Shown: positions 25,914-36,747 of the stretch, piece after piece
Layout of the letters: every line of letters begins with the position of its first letter
Position numbering within the stretch: position 1 is the stretch's first letter
DNA from: Octopus vulgaris
Lineage: Eukaryota
NCBI GenBank assembly: GCA_951406725.2
Contig: OX597814.1
Location: forward strand, 181,598,001-181,662,000
Direction of reading: 5' to 3'
DNA length: 64,000 nucleotides
Position numbers and translations under genes: made by a program
Notes under the pieces: generated by a model
What the model was told of the DNA's origin: nothing
The model's database searches: none
Seen by the model: only the letters and a program-made list of their open reading frames with translations

Positions 25914-27376
25914 TATTATACAAATATATGGATGATACAGTCCACCACCTCAGGCAGTCAGAAAACCCCACAGATCCCAGATCCTCTCAACTATTTTTCT
26001 CTGATCTACAGGTGCTTACTCTGACCAATTTTCACCATAACCCCCCACCTTTTGATATATTCACAGGAGGAAATCCCTTTTCTCTCTACCCCCAATTTTC
26101 TCTCCAAGTGGACCTTGAGAAAATTGGTAAGAATTTCACTTAAGTGGAAAGTGTCTATTTTCAGGCCTTAATAATAATAATAGTCTTCATTTTATTGCTT
26201 GCTTTCTCTACCATGCAAATGAGCATAGTTCCATGTACCATCAGGATGGATATTATTTGAAACAAGAATTATTTTCAATTAACAAACAGTGCAGGCATTA
26301 GTTTCCTTTGTCTTTATAAATCCTTTATTTCATTCACTATTGGCAATTATAAGGTCCGTGAAGATTGCTTCACATAACAAGGTACCACAGCTAAATGCAT
26401 TATACTATTTAGCTCTGTTATGTGCTCAAATTCCATTGGGATTGACTGTACCTTTTTCTACCATGAATCAACAAATTAAGTACCACCAATACACTGATAA
26501 AACATAAATACACTCACCTTCTTGACTAAATGACCTTGTGCCTAAGTAAAAGAGTAAAGATCCCCTTAACTCATGAAAGTTCCCTGCTGAGGTACAAATC
26601 CCGGCAAGGTTGTTTTATGGAAGACCAGCAGTGGCCCATGCATACCAGCCTCCTCTTTCCATGCCACCGATGTTTTCCAAGAGAAAGGCAAAGGCTAGAT
26701 ACAAATCCAGGCAAGGTTGTTTTATGGAAGACCAGCAGTTGCCCATGCATACCAGCCTCCTCTTTCTGTGCCACCGATGTTTTCCAAGGGAAAGGCAAAG
26801 GCTGATACAGCTTGGCACTAGTGATGTTGCGACTCATTTCTACAGCTGAGTTAACTGGAGCAACGTGAAATAAGGTGTCTTACTTAAGAACCCAACACAC
26901 AACCCGGTCAGGGAATCAAGCTCACTACCTCACAATTGTGAGCCTAACGCTCTAACCACTGAGCCACGCACCTTCACTGTGACTACTTTCCTATGGTGCC
27001 TAAGTAGGAAATTAATATTAGTTAAAATATACTACTTTCTTTGGGGGTGGAGATTTGGTTTGCAAGATTCTTTATGTGAGTTCGTGTGTTGATGCATATT
27101 CTGTTGTCTGGGGAGAGTCAAAACTTTTGCAAAACTTTTGCAGAAATATATGCAACGAAAATTTTAGGAAAATAAAAATAAGAAAAAAAGTGGAAATTTT
27201 ACCAGTGAGTGTGTTATATTATAAGGCACAAAAAGAAAATGACTCTCCCCAGACACAACAGAATATACTACTTTCGTTTTCTTCTTATTATTTATTTATT
27301 TTCTTTTTTCTTTTCAGCTTATATGACAAAGCAGTTACAGAAGACATTTTTGGTTGTTCCATCTGACAAATCGTAA
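967..27376 (+). CDS. SLC7 family L-type (LAT/y+LAT-like) heteromeric amino acid transporter light chain; 5'-partial spliced gene, 9 coding exons in window
   Basis: Nine GT-AG exons join in frame into 327 codons including the stop. They carry LAT motifs [68 protein letters not shown] and [11 protein letters not shown]. The vertebrate orthologue (SLC7A5/6/7/8) cannot be assigned without a phylogeny. Confidence 0.95.
1768..1867 (+). CDS. SLC7 transporter exon ([33 protein letters not shown])
   Basis: ttcttag acceptor, gtatgc donor, phase 1/2; TM6 motif. Confidence 0.93.
2160..2430 (+). mobile_element. RTE-tailed repeat (family E) 3' end with expanded (GAT/GAC)n tail
   Basis: gagtggttggcgttaggaagggcatccagc...ggacgttaaacgatgatg consensus, shared with many copies. 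Confidence 0.8.
3144..3188 (+). CDS. SLC7 transporter 45-nt exon ([16 protein letters not shown])
   Basis: ttttcag acceptor, gtaata donor, phase 2/2; conserved NxVTEE motif; absent from the ORF track. Confidence 0.92.
4204..4327 (+). CDS. SLC7 transporter exon ([41 protein letters not shown])
   Basis: tttaag acceptor, gtaagt donor, phase 2/0. Confidence 0.93.
4786..6570 (+). mobile_element. Decayed Helitron, 5' part including the Rep N-terminal region
   Basis: Frameshifted translation from about 5860 to 6565 gives [35 protein letters not shown] and [11 protein letters not shown], typical of Helitron Rep/Hel proteins. Possible TCTATA 5' end at 4786; the start is uncertain. Confidence 0.8.
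6721..6824 (+). CDS. SLC7 transporter exon ([35 protein letters not shown])
   Basis: tttccag acceptor, gtaaaa donor, phase 0/2; TM8 motif. Confidence 0.93.
7000..7255. repeat. (CT)n/(CA)n compound microsatellite
   Basis: Direct inspection. Confidence 0.9.
8130..8601. mobile_element. Fold-back MITE with long TIRs (Ginger-like termini)
   Basis: About 145-bp inverted arms (8130-8272 vs 8450-8601), TGT...ACA ends, 5-bp TSD CAATA. Confidence 0.8.
8695..8925 (-). mobile_element. SINE family B (ggcggcgagctggcagaa head; central gtcgactttgcctttcatcctttcggggtcgataaa domain)
   Basis: Perfect 21-bp TSD tttctatgccatacatattct; B-box-like gagttcaaattcc; older copies at about 7908-8129, 9021-9237 and 24195-24400. 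Confidence 0.88.
9934..10030 (+). CDS. SLC7 transporter exon ([32 protein letters not shown])
   Basis: ttttcag acceptor, gtaggt donor, phase 2/0; AREGHLP motif. Confidence 0.93.
10420..10872. mobile_element. Probable solo LTR
   Basis: TGTAGG...CCTACA termini, about 450 bp, GC/CpG-rich relative to flanks, near-TSD gttt/attt. Confidence 0.55.
12486..12705. mobile_element. piggyBac-type MITE
   Basis: TTAA TSD, TIR ccctttcgttac/gtaacgaaaggg. Confidence 0.88.
13008..13157 (+). CDS. SLC7 transporter exon ([50 protein letters not shown])
   Basis: tgtttag acceptor, gtaagt donor, phase 0/0. Confidence 0.93.
13286..13716 (-). mobile_element. tRNA-derived SINE family A (CORE-like; resembles described Octopus SINEs)
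   Basis: Minus strand: A box TGGCTGTGTGG, B box GGTTCAGTCCC, CORE-like ggcaagtgtc segment, internal (TA)/(CA) microsatellite; many copies in window. Confidence 0.85.
14282..14515 (+). mobile_element. SINE family B
   Basis: Young copy with aggtataaggc TSD. Confidence 0.88.
15500..15829 (+). mobile_element. Non-autonomous Helitron
   Basis: Inserted between A and T; 5' TCTATATATA; subterminal hairpin cccgagcaacgcaggg; 3' CTAG; no TSD. Confidence 0.85.
16376..17150 (+). mobile_element. 5'-truncated R4/Dong-like non-LTR retrotransposon (CCHC knuckle, restriction-like endonuclease, 3' UTR)
   Basis: [18 protein letters not shown] (C-x2-C-x8-H-x4-C), RHD, then after a frameshift [37 protein letters not shown] (ORF 16529-16957); (TAA)n on both sides. 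Confidence 0.88.
18102..18408. repeat. Tandem duplication, 2 x about 165 bp
   Basis: aaaatatcagccatagctttttgac... unit repeated. Confidence 0.85.
18789..18880. repeat. (TA)n microsatellite, about 45 units
   Basis: Direct inspection. Confidence 0.95.
19197..19592 (+). mobile_element. SINE family A
   Basis: Homologous to 13286-13716 in the opposite orientation. Confidence 0.85.
19606..20140 (-). mobile_element. Ty3/Gypsy LTR retrotransposon fragment (RT thumb/connection and RNase H)
   Basis: [32 protein letters not shown], then after a frameshift [22 protein letters not shown]. Confidence 0.9.
20379..21010. repeat. Recent tandem duplication, 2 x about 316 bp
   Basis: 20379-20694 and 20695-21010 are nearly identical. 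Confidence 0.95.
21949..22250 (-). mobile_element. Young tRNA-derived SINE family C
   Basis: Minus strand: TGGCCTAGTGG A box and GGTTCGAATC B box; V-domain-like cctgcgatggaccggcgtcctgtccagg; 12-13 bp TSD (c)attaacagaact. Confidence 0.88.
23354..23797 (+). mobile_element. SINE family A
   Basis: Full-length copy. Confidence 0.85.
24459..24636 (+). CDS. SLC7 transporter exon ([59 protein letters not shown])
   Basis: tctttcag acceptor, gtaaga donor, phase 0/1; TM11-12. Confidence 0.93.
25625..25880 (+). mobile_element. Penelope-like terminal repeat with inverted duplication and hammerhead-like motif
   Basis: About 85-bp inverted arms (25690-25775 vs 25790-25876), CTGAAGA...CGAAAC core, embedded in (TA)n; second copy at 62515-62730. 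Confidence 0.6.
26560..26978 (-). mobile_element. tRNA-derived SINE family D with an internal tandem duplication of about 108 bp
   Basis: tRNA-like head at 26880-26978 on the minus strand; related fragment at 4400-4575. Confidence 0.7.
27318..27376 (+). CDS. SLC7 transporter terminal coding exon ([19 protein letters not shown])
   Basis: Long polypyrimidine tract plus ttttcag; in frame with the previous exon; LAT-type TxxLQKxxxVV C-terminus; TAA stop. Confidence 0.88.
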
Positions 27377-27936
27377 CAATTTCATCCATTAATATCAACT
27401 TCCATTTCTATCAAATGTTTCATTTAATACAGAGCTTTGGGGGGGATGGGACAAAACAAAAAAGAAGAAATGAAAACGAAATGGTATGACATTAGCATCC
27501 AAGAAGTCATTAATTTCAGTGATTATTATTAGTTATTGCTAACTCCACCACTTTTTCTTTTTTAACTCCTGATCCTTGCTTTATCTTACCAAGCCTGCAA
27601 TAGTTTCAGATTGGACACTAACTGCACTTAACTCATCTTTTGATAAGATGAAGTTTTTTGAAACATATTATGGAGACTGCACACCACTTACACATCCTCA
27701 GAAAAAAACAAAAATTAACTTTATCCTTATTAGATGCGTCTTAAATTCTATTATAATGTAAGATAATAATATCAGATATTTTTCTTTATCCATAAAGAAA
27801 ACTTTGTGTCATGTAAAAATTGTGCATATTAAACATCATAAAAAAAAGAAACATAAACACATCCTGAGAGAAACACATTTGTTTTTGTTCTGTTTTTTTC
27901 TTTCAATTTATAATGTTTTATTTTGCAAAGTTGCAA

Positions 27937-27942
27937 AATAAA
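27937..27942 (+). promoter_or_regulatory. Candidate polyadenylation signal (AATAAA) of the SLC7 gene
   Basis: AATAAA about 560 nt after the stop, followed by a GT-rich tract from about 27960. Confidence 0.4.
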
Positions 27943-28704
27943 ATTTAAAGAAAACTCATGTTGTAGTCACTGCTATTGTTGTTCTTGTTCTTGTTGATGT
28001 TATTGTTGTTGCTACTGCTGTTTAACCCCAAGTCAACCCAGATCAAGCATACATGTATGATTAATGGTACTCCAACTGTAATAATTACATCATTATTTTC
28101 TTCAGGCATTTTTAAAATTTGTGTCCTTCCCCTTTTAAAACTGTAGAGTATGAGCTGAAGAAGGTTTAGCTACCATTTCTAGTGAGCTGACAAATCACAC
28201 TAAAGTTCCTTCCTTGGCTCATGGCTAATGTTGCTGTCATCAAGGTGGTGGTGGTGGTAGATGAGATTGATTTTGAGGTAGTTGTAATTAGTGAAAACGA
28301 TCAGTGAAATTGCTTGTAGATTCTGCATAAGTGATTACTCTTGATCTTGAGGCTGTTCTTGTGGTGATCATTGTACTTGATATCATTGCAGCCAGTTTTC
28401 CTATTACTGAAACTGTTACAGTTGCTGTTATTATTGAAGTAGTTGTTATAGCTGTTTAGCTGGAGGTTAGCCCAGATCAATCAGACCCTATAATCAAAGG
28501 CATCCCAGCTATGATAATCCTAGGTTTTGCTCAACTAAACCTTTCAGGATGACTCCAGCATGGCTACAGTCCAATGACAGAAACAAGTGAAAAATACAAG
28601 ATCAAACATTCCAGGCATGACCACACCATATTATTCAAACAGTAAATACAAGATAACATTATCCAATGTATCCTTCCATTTTAAAATGGCCAGTTGAGAT
28701 AGGA

Positions 28705-29143
28705 AGATTTCGCCAGTGGCACATAAAAAGCACCTTTTGAGTGTCAGGCCTCATGAAGACAATGAGGCTCGATGCCAGTGTTGCATAATTAGCACCTGTG
28801 CCAGTGGAACATAAAGAGCACCTTTGAGTGTTGGGCCTCACAGAGGCAATGACAAATGACCAAGATCTTTAGCAACACACCATGCTCGAGTAGAAGACCC
28901 ATCAAGCCAAGTGAAATCATAGTTGTGGCAGATACTGGTGTCACACAACTGGCACCCATGCTAGTGGCACATAAAAGCACCCATTACAATCTCAGAGTGG
29001 TTGGTGTTAGGAAGGACATCCAGTTGTAGAAACACTGCCAAATCAGACTGTAGTCTGATGCAGCCCCTCAGCTTGTCAGCCCTGGTCAAACCATCCACCC
29101 ATGCCAGCATGGACAACGGATGTTAAATGTTGATGATGATGAT
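28705..29143 (+). mobile_element. Family E repeat with internal tandem motif units
   Basis: Three gtggcacataaaagcacc-like units plus the family E tail. Confidence 0.75.
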
Positions 29144-31574
29144 CTAGCAAATTGAGTGATTACACAGAAACCTTTTTTCATTGGTTTACTCTACAAGCTG
29201 TAACAAAAACAACTTTGAAGGTTATGCTTTCAGAAAATCTCTCTTATTTCATATCCATTTTACCATATACAACTGGACTGCAAAGGTTAACCACTCAGTT
29301 AATTTACATTATATCCCAATCTCTAGCTAGTTACCATGACACGAGTATCTTATCTGATTTAGCATCCCAAGATATCCTAAAATATATTCTGACAATATTT
29401 TAGAGCCATATAATCCATACTGTTTCCTTCAATAGCTGATTAAATCAGACTTTTCTGTGGAGCTTAGTTCACTAATCCATATTTATCTATCTATCTATCT
29501 ATCAATCAATCTATCTACCTAGCAATTTCTCTCTCTGTCTGTGGGTCTGTCTCTTCACACCCACATGCATATATATATATATAAAGTCCTATATATATGT
29601 GTGTGTGTGTGTGTGTACACATATACACACACATATATTTATGTATATAGATAGATAGATAAGAGATAGAGTCATCTAAGATTCCATGCCATGTGTATGT
29701 GTGTCTACATACATCCAAACAGACATATGTATATTAAATTTAATTATCTATTTTAATTTTAGCATTGTATAGCTCAAAATATGAAATATTCTTTCTTGAA
29801 CATACCGCAATTCATTTTTATTCATCATATTTCATCAACGTATCTACAAAATGTTTATTACAAGATATTTATCCCTACAACTATCTCACTTTATATTTTA
29901 AAGATTCTCTCCTGTTCATATTTCATATTTGCCTCTCCAAGACAACTGTTCAGTGACTTTAGATTTTTAAAGAACCTTTAAAATAAACTAAAAGTCAAGT
30001 AACTTTAAAAATCAACAAACTGACAGCTGCTCCTCCTCCAAAATCATATTCTATTTCAAAATATGAGATGATCATGATTGAAAAAACTTTTAATGTGGTT
30101 ATGTTTGATCAAGGCTGGCATGGAGCTAAGCAACAAAATCTAAGTAAAAATAGTTTGATCACCCGTTTAGTTTGCTCCTACATTCTAGTTTCTTCAACCT
30201 CCCAGAGAAATTTGGCAAAGTAAAACAGGATCACTTTCAGGCCCTGAAAGAGTTTTGTGAGAAGGCTCTCTAAATTCAAGAGAGCTATGAGGTTTACTAT
30301 TTTTTCAGAAATGGGCTTACAGGCTTCTCTTTGGCTCACCAAAGTCCAAACAGATGTACTGGCTAAACACCCTCTCCTGTCTCTTATAGAATCCTTACTC
30401 TATATATTTCCATCCAAATCCCTTTTTCTTTTTCATTTCCTTTATGTTGATATATTCATTTCCCTGCATTACCACTTACCTTACCAAACATACAGCTCTC
30501 CCCATCAAAAAACTGCAACATAATCCAACATATAAAGCCAAACATAATTTCTTCACTCTAGAAGAGCTTACTAAGTCTATTAGCAATGACCCATACACAA
30601 ACATATATGCACTAAATACTCAGTTAAGACAGTGTGTGTTCCTACAGCTTGATCAATGGAATTACATAGCCACTGACCTTTATCACAATTTCATGGCTAA
30701 ATCTATCTGATCCCAGGCAGACTCAGCTTGAATCAATGTTACAGTCCATCTGACAGCATCCCACAAATTTAACCCAATTTTCCCCTCAAAAAGCTTGGAT
30801 TGATCCAAGGACATGTTAAAAGATAAGACACTTGCCAAAAGCGACCATGCAGTGAGAGTGTATTTGGAACCTTTTGATTATGAAGTAAACAACCATTTAA
30901 ACATGCCTGCACTCATATCAACACACACACCTCAGTAGAAAGTTTGTAGTGTTATTGCTTTCTCCTATATTCAATCTGCTACAATATTTCACCTACTATT
31001 ACTATTACATGGGTTATTCCCCATTATTAAGGTTATTCTGCCATACAGCCTCCTTATAGTTTATTTTAATATGAATATGGATGAACAAGTACCATTATAA
31101 TTTTTCAGACTACTGACTTCATGTTTAAAAACTGAAGGTTTTTAATATTTACATGTAGTCTACATTTCCATCTCAGGTCATCATGTCTCATTCCTGGATA
31201 TGTGCACGACACCAGACTGGATTTAAACTTGAGAGCTTTATTGGATAAGAATAGTAGAAATGCTCTTATCCACTAAGTCACTGACAAATGAAAACACATG
31301 ATGATGATTGGAGATCAAACTTAGATTCAGATTCTTCCATACTGAGAGACATAAAATACAGCAAGCTTCCTCCAGTATAGTTTGTCTGCCACAGTTCTTT
31401 CTACTTCTATCCAACACAGTCATCATACTTTTGAAGTCTTCTAGGAATGTCCAACATCAAGTGTTCTTGAGTTGGCCCTTTTCCTCTTTAAAGATGAACT
31501 TAATGTTTATAAAACTGGTTGGTTGTCCCTCTTTGACCAACTCTGCTTCAATCACAAGCAGTTTTAATCATTCT

Positions 31575-31845
31575 ATCATGCTAAGAGTTGCTGAAGCATG
31601 GAACTGCTGGCATCAGTTGTTAGTTGTCGGAGCACTGCATCCTTCAAAACTTCCATGTTTCCTGAGATTCGCCAACACTACACCTGATTTTCTCCCCTCC
31701 ATACACACGCAAGCATGTATCTGACTCATTCACTGTTCACTTTCCAGACATTTGTACATTACTGCAAATGCTTTATATGCTCTTTTGACAAGTTGTGGGC
31801 ATCTGAGCACTGTATACAATAATTTCATTATTATTATTATTATTC
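31575..31845 (+). mobile_element. CR1-type LINE 3' end (shorter copy)
   Basis: Closely similar to 41760-42030, (ATT)n tail. Confidence 0.78.
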
Positions 31846-33353
31846 ATGTGCAGACTGGATAGTAAAAAGACAATAAGCTTCAACTGTCAGAAGAAAAACT
31901 GTATAGTCATATCAAAGTGCAGTAGTAGTAGTAGTAGAATAACTTAACCCATTACAAATAACAACCAAATCTCCTTCAAAGCACAATCTACTGTCATAAA
32001 AACGAACAAAAAGACACACCAATTAATCCATTTGATTAAGAATGATCTGGAAGTAAACAACAATGGTTGCACAATCTCTGGTCATATTTGGAATATTGAA
32101 CATAAAATCTACTCCTCAAACATTTCAATCAGCAAGCAGTATTCGTTAATTTTGCTAAATCAGAACTAAATGAGAACACTCAACAATACAGATATACTTG
32201 ACCAGTTATAAACAAAACTATTAACCCACATCAAAACCCTTCTTTAAACTGACTAGAAATTGTTGGACACCTGAAAATGCATCATGATATTTGACATTCC
32301 CCACTAAAGAATTTTTTCCACTAGCAATTTATAGCCAAAATAAAAAAATTAAAACCAAAATAGCAGTTTATAACCAAAAATGTTATTTCAAAAATGGTTT
32401 ATAAGCAAACAAATATTCTGCAGATTTCCTAGCTGAAAACCAAAATGAGGAGAAAGAGAGAGGTCCTAACTATTACTTAGAAATAGTAGGAAGGACACTT
32501 CAAATTTATCTTCAACCTGTTAATTTTTATAAACAGGTTGAAAATTAATTCAAAGTTTAATCATCATTGTAAGCATCTGAAGTATAAAAATAGCTTTTAT
32601 TTTTTAAAGTATATGACATCAGTAATAGATCAGTTTAAGTTTGACAGTGGCAAACTTTCAGTTGACCAGTTACATTTCATGGGTTTTTTTCTAATTTTTG
32701 TATATTAAAAAAAGTATAGTTTTCTTGATGATGTTCAACTCTTGCACTTTAGAGCAAATATTTTATTGGCATAGAAAAGATTAAAAGTTAGGAAACATTT
32801 GAATTCGAATGAGCATCATTTTAAGAAGTTATCAAAGGTACAAGATCAAAATAATATTTCATAAAAGAAGAAGCAAAATTCAGCTTGAACTTAAAATTCC
32901 CTTTAGCTAGTCCTTTTCCATGAGGTAACCATGCTAATTTGTTAGACAAGTTCTCTCCTCTAAATGGCAGGCACAGAAATGTTATATATTTGAACAAAAC
33001 AGTAAAAATGTTTAAGAAACTAAACTTTTATGAAGTGCTGGAAAAAACAATTTAAAATTGCAATTGAATTATTTTCTTGATTACGTTTTATTTTGATTGT
33101 CTTGTTTTTGTTATCTTTTGTTGTTTTTTTTTAAAACTAAAATATAATCTTTTCGTGATAAAGAAGCTCTTAGAAAATCCAGTAAAATTACTTTTTTATT
33201 ATGTAATTATGCAATTCGATTTCTTATGTTTGTGTATAAAAGGAAGCCATGTTAATTAACATGTCTTTTCATTCAGCAGACAAGCCAGGTCTAATAATGA
33301 AAGCAAACTAGAGAAGGCACTTGCAGTTTCATAATTTACTTAAATTTTTCATG

Positions 33354-33447
33354 TTAATCATCAAAAGGAATGTTGATGCAATGCTGAAAATCAAATGGTT
33401 GGAAAGTGTATCCGTTTCCAGAATAAAATTTATTCTGAAACTCAACC
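33354..33447 (-). CDS. ATP6V0A1: V-ATPase a terminal coding exon ([30 protein letters not shown])
   Basis: ttttag acceptor, phase 2, TAA stop; [18 protein letters not shown] motif. Confidence 0.95.
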
Positions 33448-36400
33448 CTAAAAGAGAAAAAGAAAAATTATCATAAATTTCATCATTTAATCTCATTCTT
33501 TTCATATAAAAACAAAATATTTTATATAATTCACTTTAGCTAAACTTGAAATCTAATTTCAATTACTCAGACATCAAAATTTCTTTGGTTTCCCCTTGTG
33601 CTCAGCTCAAAATAACTGACAAAGGCTCATAATATTTACATATAATTTTTTTTATACATTGTTTTAGCATATGACCTAAAATAATGTGTTTTAGGCGACA
33701 AATTGGCTGAGTGATTAGAACATCAGACAAAATGTTGCACTCAATGTGATCAACTTTAGGATCAACAAAATGTTGCATCATATTCTGACTTCTTGCATTC
33801 TGAGTTCAAATCTCAATGTGATCAACTTTAGGATCAACAAAATGTTGCATCATATTCTGACTTCATTCTGTTCAAATCTCTGATCAACAAAATGTTGCAT
33901 CATATTCTGACTTCTTGCATTCTGAGTTCAAATCTCAATGTGATCAACTTTAGGATCAACAAAATGTTGCATCATATTCTGACTTCTTGCATTCTGAGTT
34001 CAAATCTCAATGTGATCAACTTTCTAGGATCAACAAAGTACCAGTCTATAACAGTGGACTGGTGGAATTGTTAGAGCATCACATGGGGTATCTTCCAATA
34101 TTTGTTCAGCGCCTTTGCATTCTAAATTCAAAATTCACCACAGCATACATGATAGACTTAATCCACAGCCCAGTTTAACACCACTACCTGATCCTGCTTG
34201 GGTGCCTTTAGTGAAGCCTACTTTTTTGCAAGCATCAGGCTAGATCTTAACTAGTTTGAAAATACCTTCCTTTCTCCTGTCAGTCTAAGAGTTCCTAAGA
34301 GTAAGGGAGCAGGAGCATTGCTCTTTCCTCCTGACTAAGCAATAAGGGAAAAAAAAAGCAGCTCATGACTTTTATAACAAACATATGTTCCTTCAGTGAG
34401 TGACTATGTATGTACACAAGCACACATGCAAGAATTAATACTTAATTGCAATAGCTTCAGAAACAAAACCAACATTGATACCTACATCATCGGGTTATAT
34501 AATACTTACCAGTGTAACCTAAGAGCATGGAGGAAAGCTGAAAGACCTTCCATAACAAGTAATATAGCTATGGTGAGAATTGCCCAAAAAAAGAACACAG
34601 CAAAGATGATAATACAACCAATATATCCAACATTCATTGAAAGACCAATTCTCATCACCATGTTCCATAATACTTCAGATAACTCTGAAAGAATAAAGAC
34701 ATCAGGATTATTAGTATATAAGACATAGCAGCAAGGTTAAAGTAATACAAATTACAAGGATATTGTAACACAAACACCAGTAAGACAATCAAAGTAATAC
34801 ATTCATTTACTTGAAACATTTACTCTTACACCAATGACAGTAAAAAAAGAGTATTTAAGATATCACTACTAAACATTTAAAGTGAGAAAAATTGCATGAC
34901 ACATATGAATCAATGAATTCTATACACAAAGGCTTGCACTATTCAAAATATTAACTGATATATAACCTAAGAGAGAGAGAGAACATGGGCAGTTCATAAC
35001 AGCACTGAAGATGAATGCGACACAACTAAACAAATTCATGGTTCTTCAACTTTTGCACATTTTTTTGTTTAACCCTTTAGCATTTAAACCGGCCAACCGG
35101 CCAAAAGTATTCTGCCTGTTTTATGTTCAAACTGGCCAGATCTGGTCTCTCAGACCAACCCTACAATATTGTTTTAAAAATTAACAGCTACCTCATCAAA
35201 ATCTCATAGCTACAAGATAATGCATGATTAGTTCAAAACAATGTGGATGAAGAAGCATTAATTTTGGCAGAATAATGCGAACTCTAAAGGGTTAAGGACT
35301 GTAATCCCAACATTGTTTTAGAATAGGGTTAGAAATCCTGAGAGGTGAAAGGTTTTAGGTACCTTGTTAAAAGTTTCAGGAACTATTTACTAACATAGAG
35401 ATACAAAGTTTCATTCTTTTCACTCTTTAAGACACTTGCTCCTACTCTTCAAAATAGAATTATTCACTTGTTTTATTTGTCTAATTTTAATTACATTCTG
35501 CTTAATATTAACTACTACAGGTGAGAGTTGGTGACAGGAAGAGCCTCTGGCCATAAAACATCTGCTATAATAAATTCCATCTGACTCAAGCAAGCATGGA
35601 AAAGTGGATATTAAAATGGTGATGACTGTAATAAATTTAAAACAAATTAGCATGCACACATACAGATATACACCCTTCTATCCTAGACTATCTGAGGATA
35701 CACACAAACACACATTAAAATATAAATGGCCAAGTGGCAAGAACAATGAACAACCTGTGAAGAGGTTGATGGTTTAAATCTATTTGTTGGCTTTGTATTA
35801 TGTCAGTGGCCAAGACACTTAACACCTAATTAGCTGTAAATAAGTATTGTTCAACAGGATCAGATTGCTGCTCCATACAGCAGCAGTATTTAAAACTGAC
35901 GAGTGGTTTGTTAGCTTGCATTATAAGATTCAACTCCTAAGAAAAGCAAAGAAACATCACACCAGCATAATACTTCTTATAATGACAATGTGAAAACAAG
36001 GGCATGGCCACAACTAATAGGGTTAAGAAACTGATAACACATACACACAAAAACGGAATTTGAACAGAAATTTATATTTACCTGCATGAGCCAAACTTAA
36101 AGCCCAGAGTCGAAGATATGATGCAGTATTTGAAATACAGCCTAAACAGTACTCAATTGTGTGTATACATTGATGTACAAATATATCACCAAAATTGAAC
36201 TGCAAAAGAAATAGAGTCACAATTTCAGAATGCCTGTCATGCAAGACAATATAAATAATATGGTAGTTCATGAAGGAGTCATACCCAATGACTGGTGTTG
36301 CAGCACCATAGTCAACTGCTACAAGGGGAAAGGTGATGCTTTAGATAGAAATAACTACAGGAGTATCAAATTATTGGATCGGGTGATGAAAGTTAGAGAG

Positions 36401-36693
36401 AGAGAGTCATAGTCCAACTAATTAGGGAGAGATTCAGAGCTCACCTGAGGTTAAATAATAACAAGGTTATTCTGAAATTTATATTCTATGTTTCTTCTCT
36501 AAAACAAACAAATCAAACTGAACATTATATGAACGTTTATTACTTAAATATTCTTAAACCCCAACCAAGGAAATTTTTTTAAAATTATATATGCTGACTG
36601 ACCCTCTCTAAGAGACAGTAAAATATATAAAAACTCAAAGGAAAGGTGATTCAAATAACAATTTAAATTAAAATAAGTTGTTTCATAAATTTT

Positions 36694-36747
<54 letters not shown>

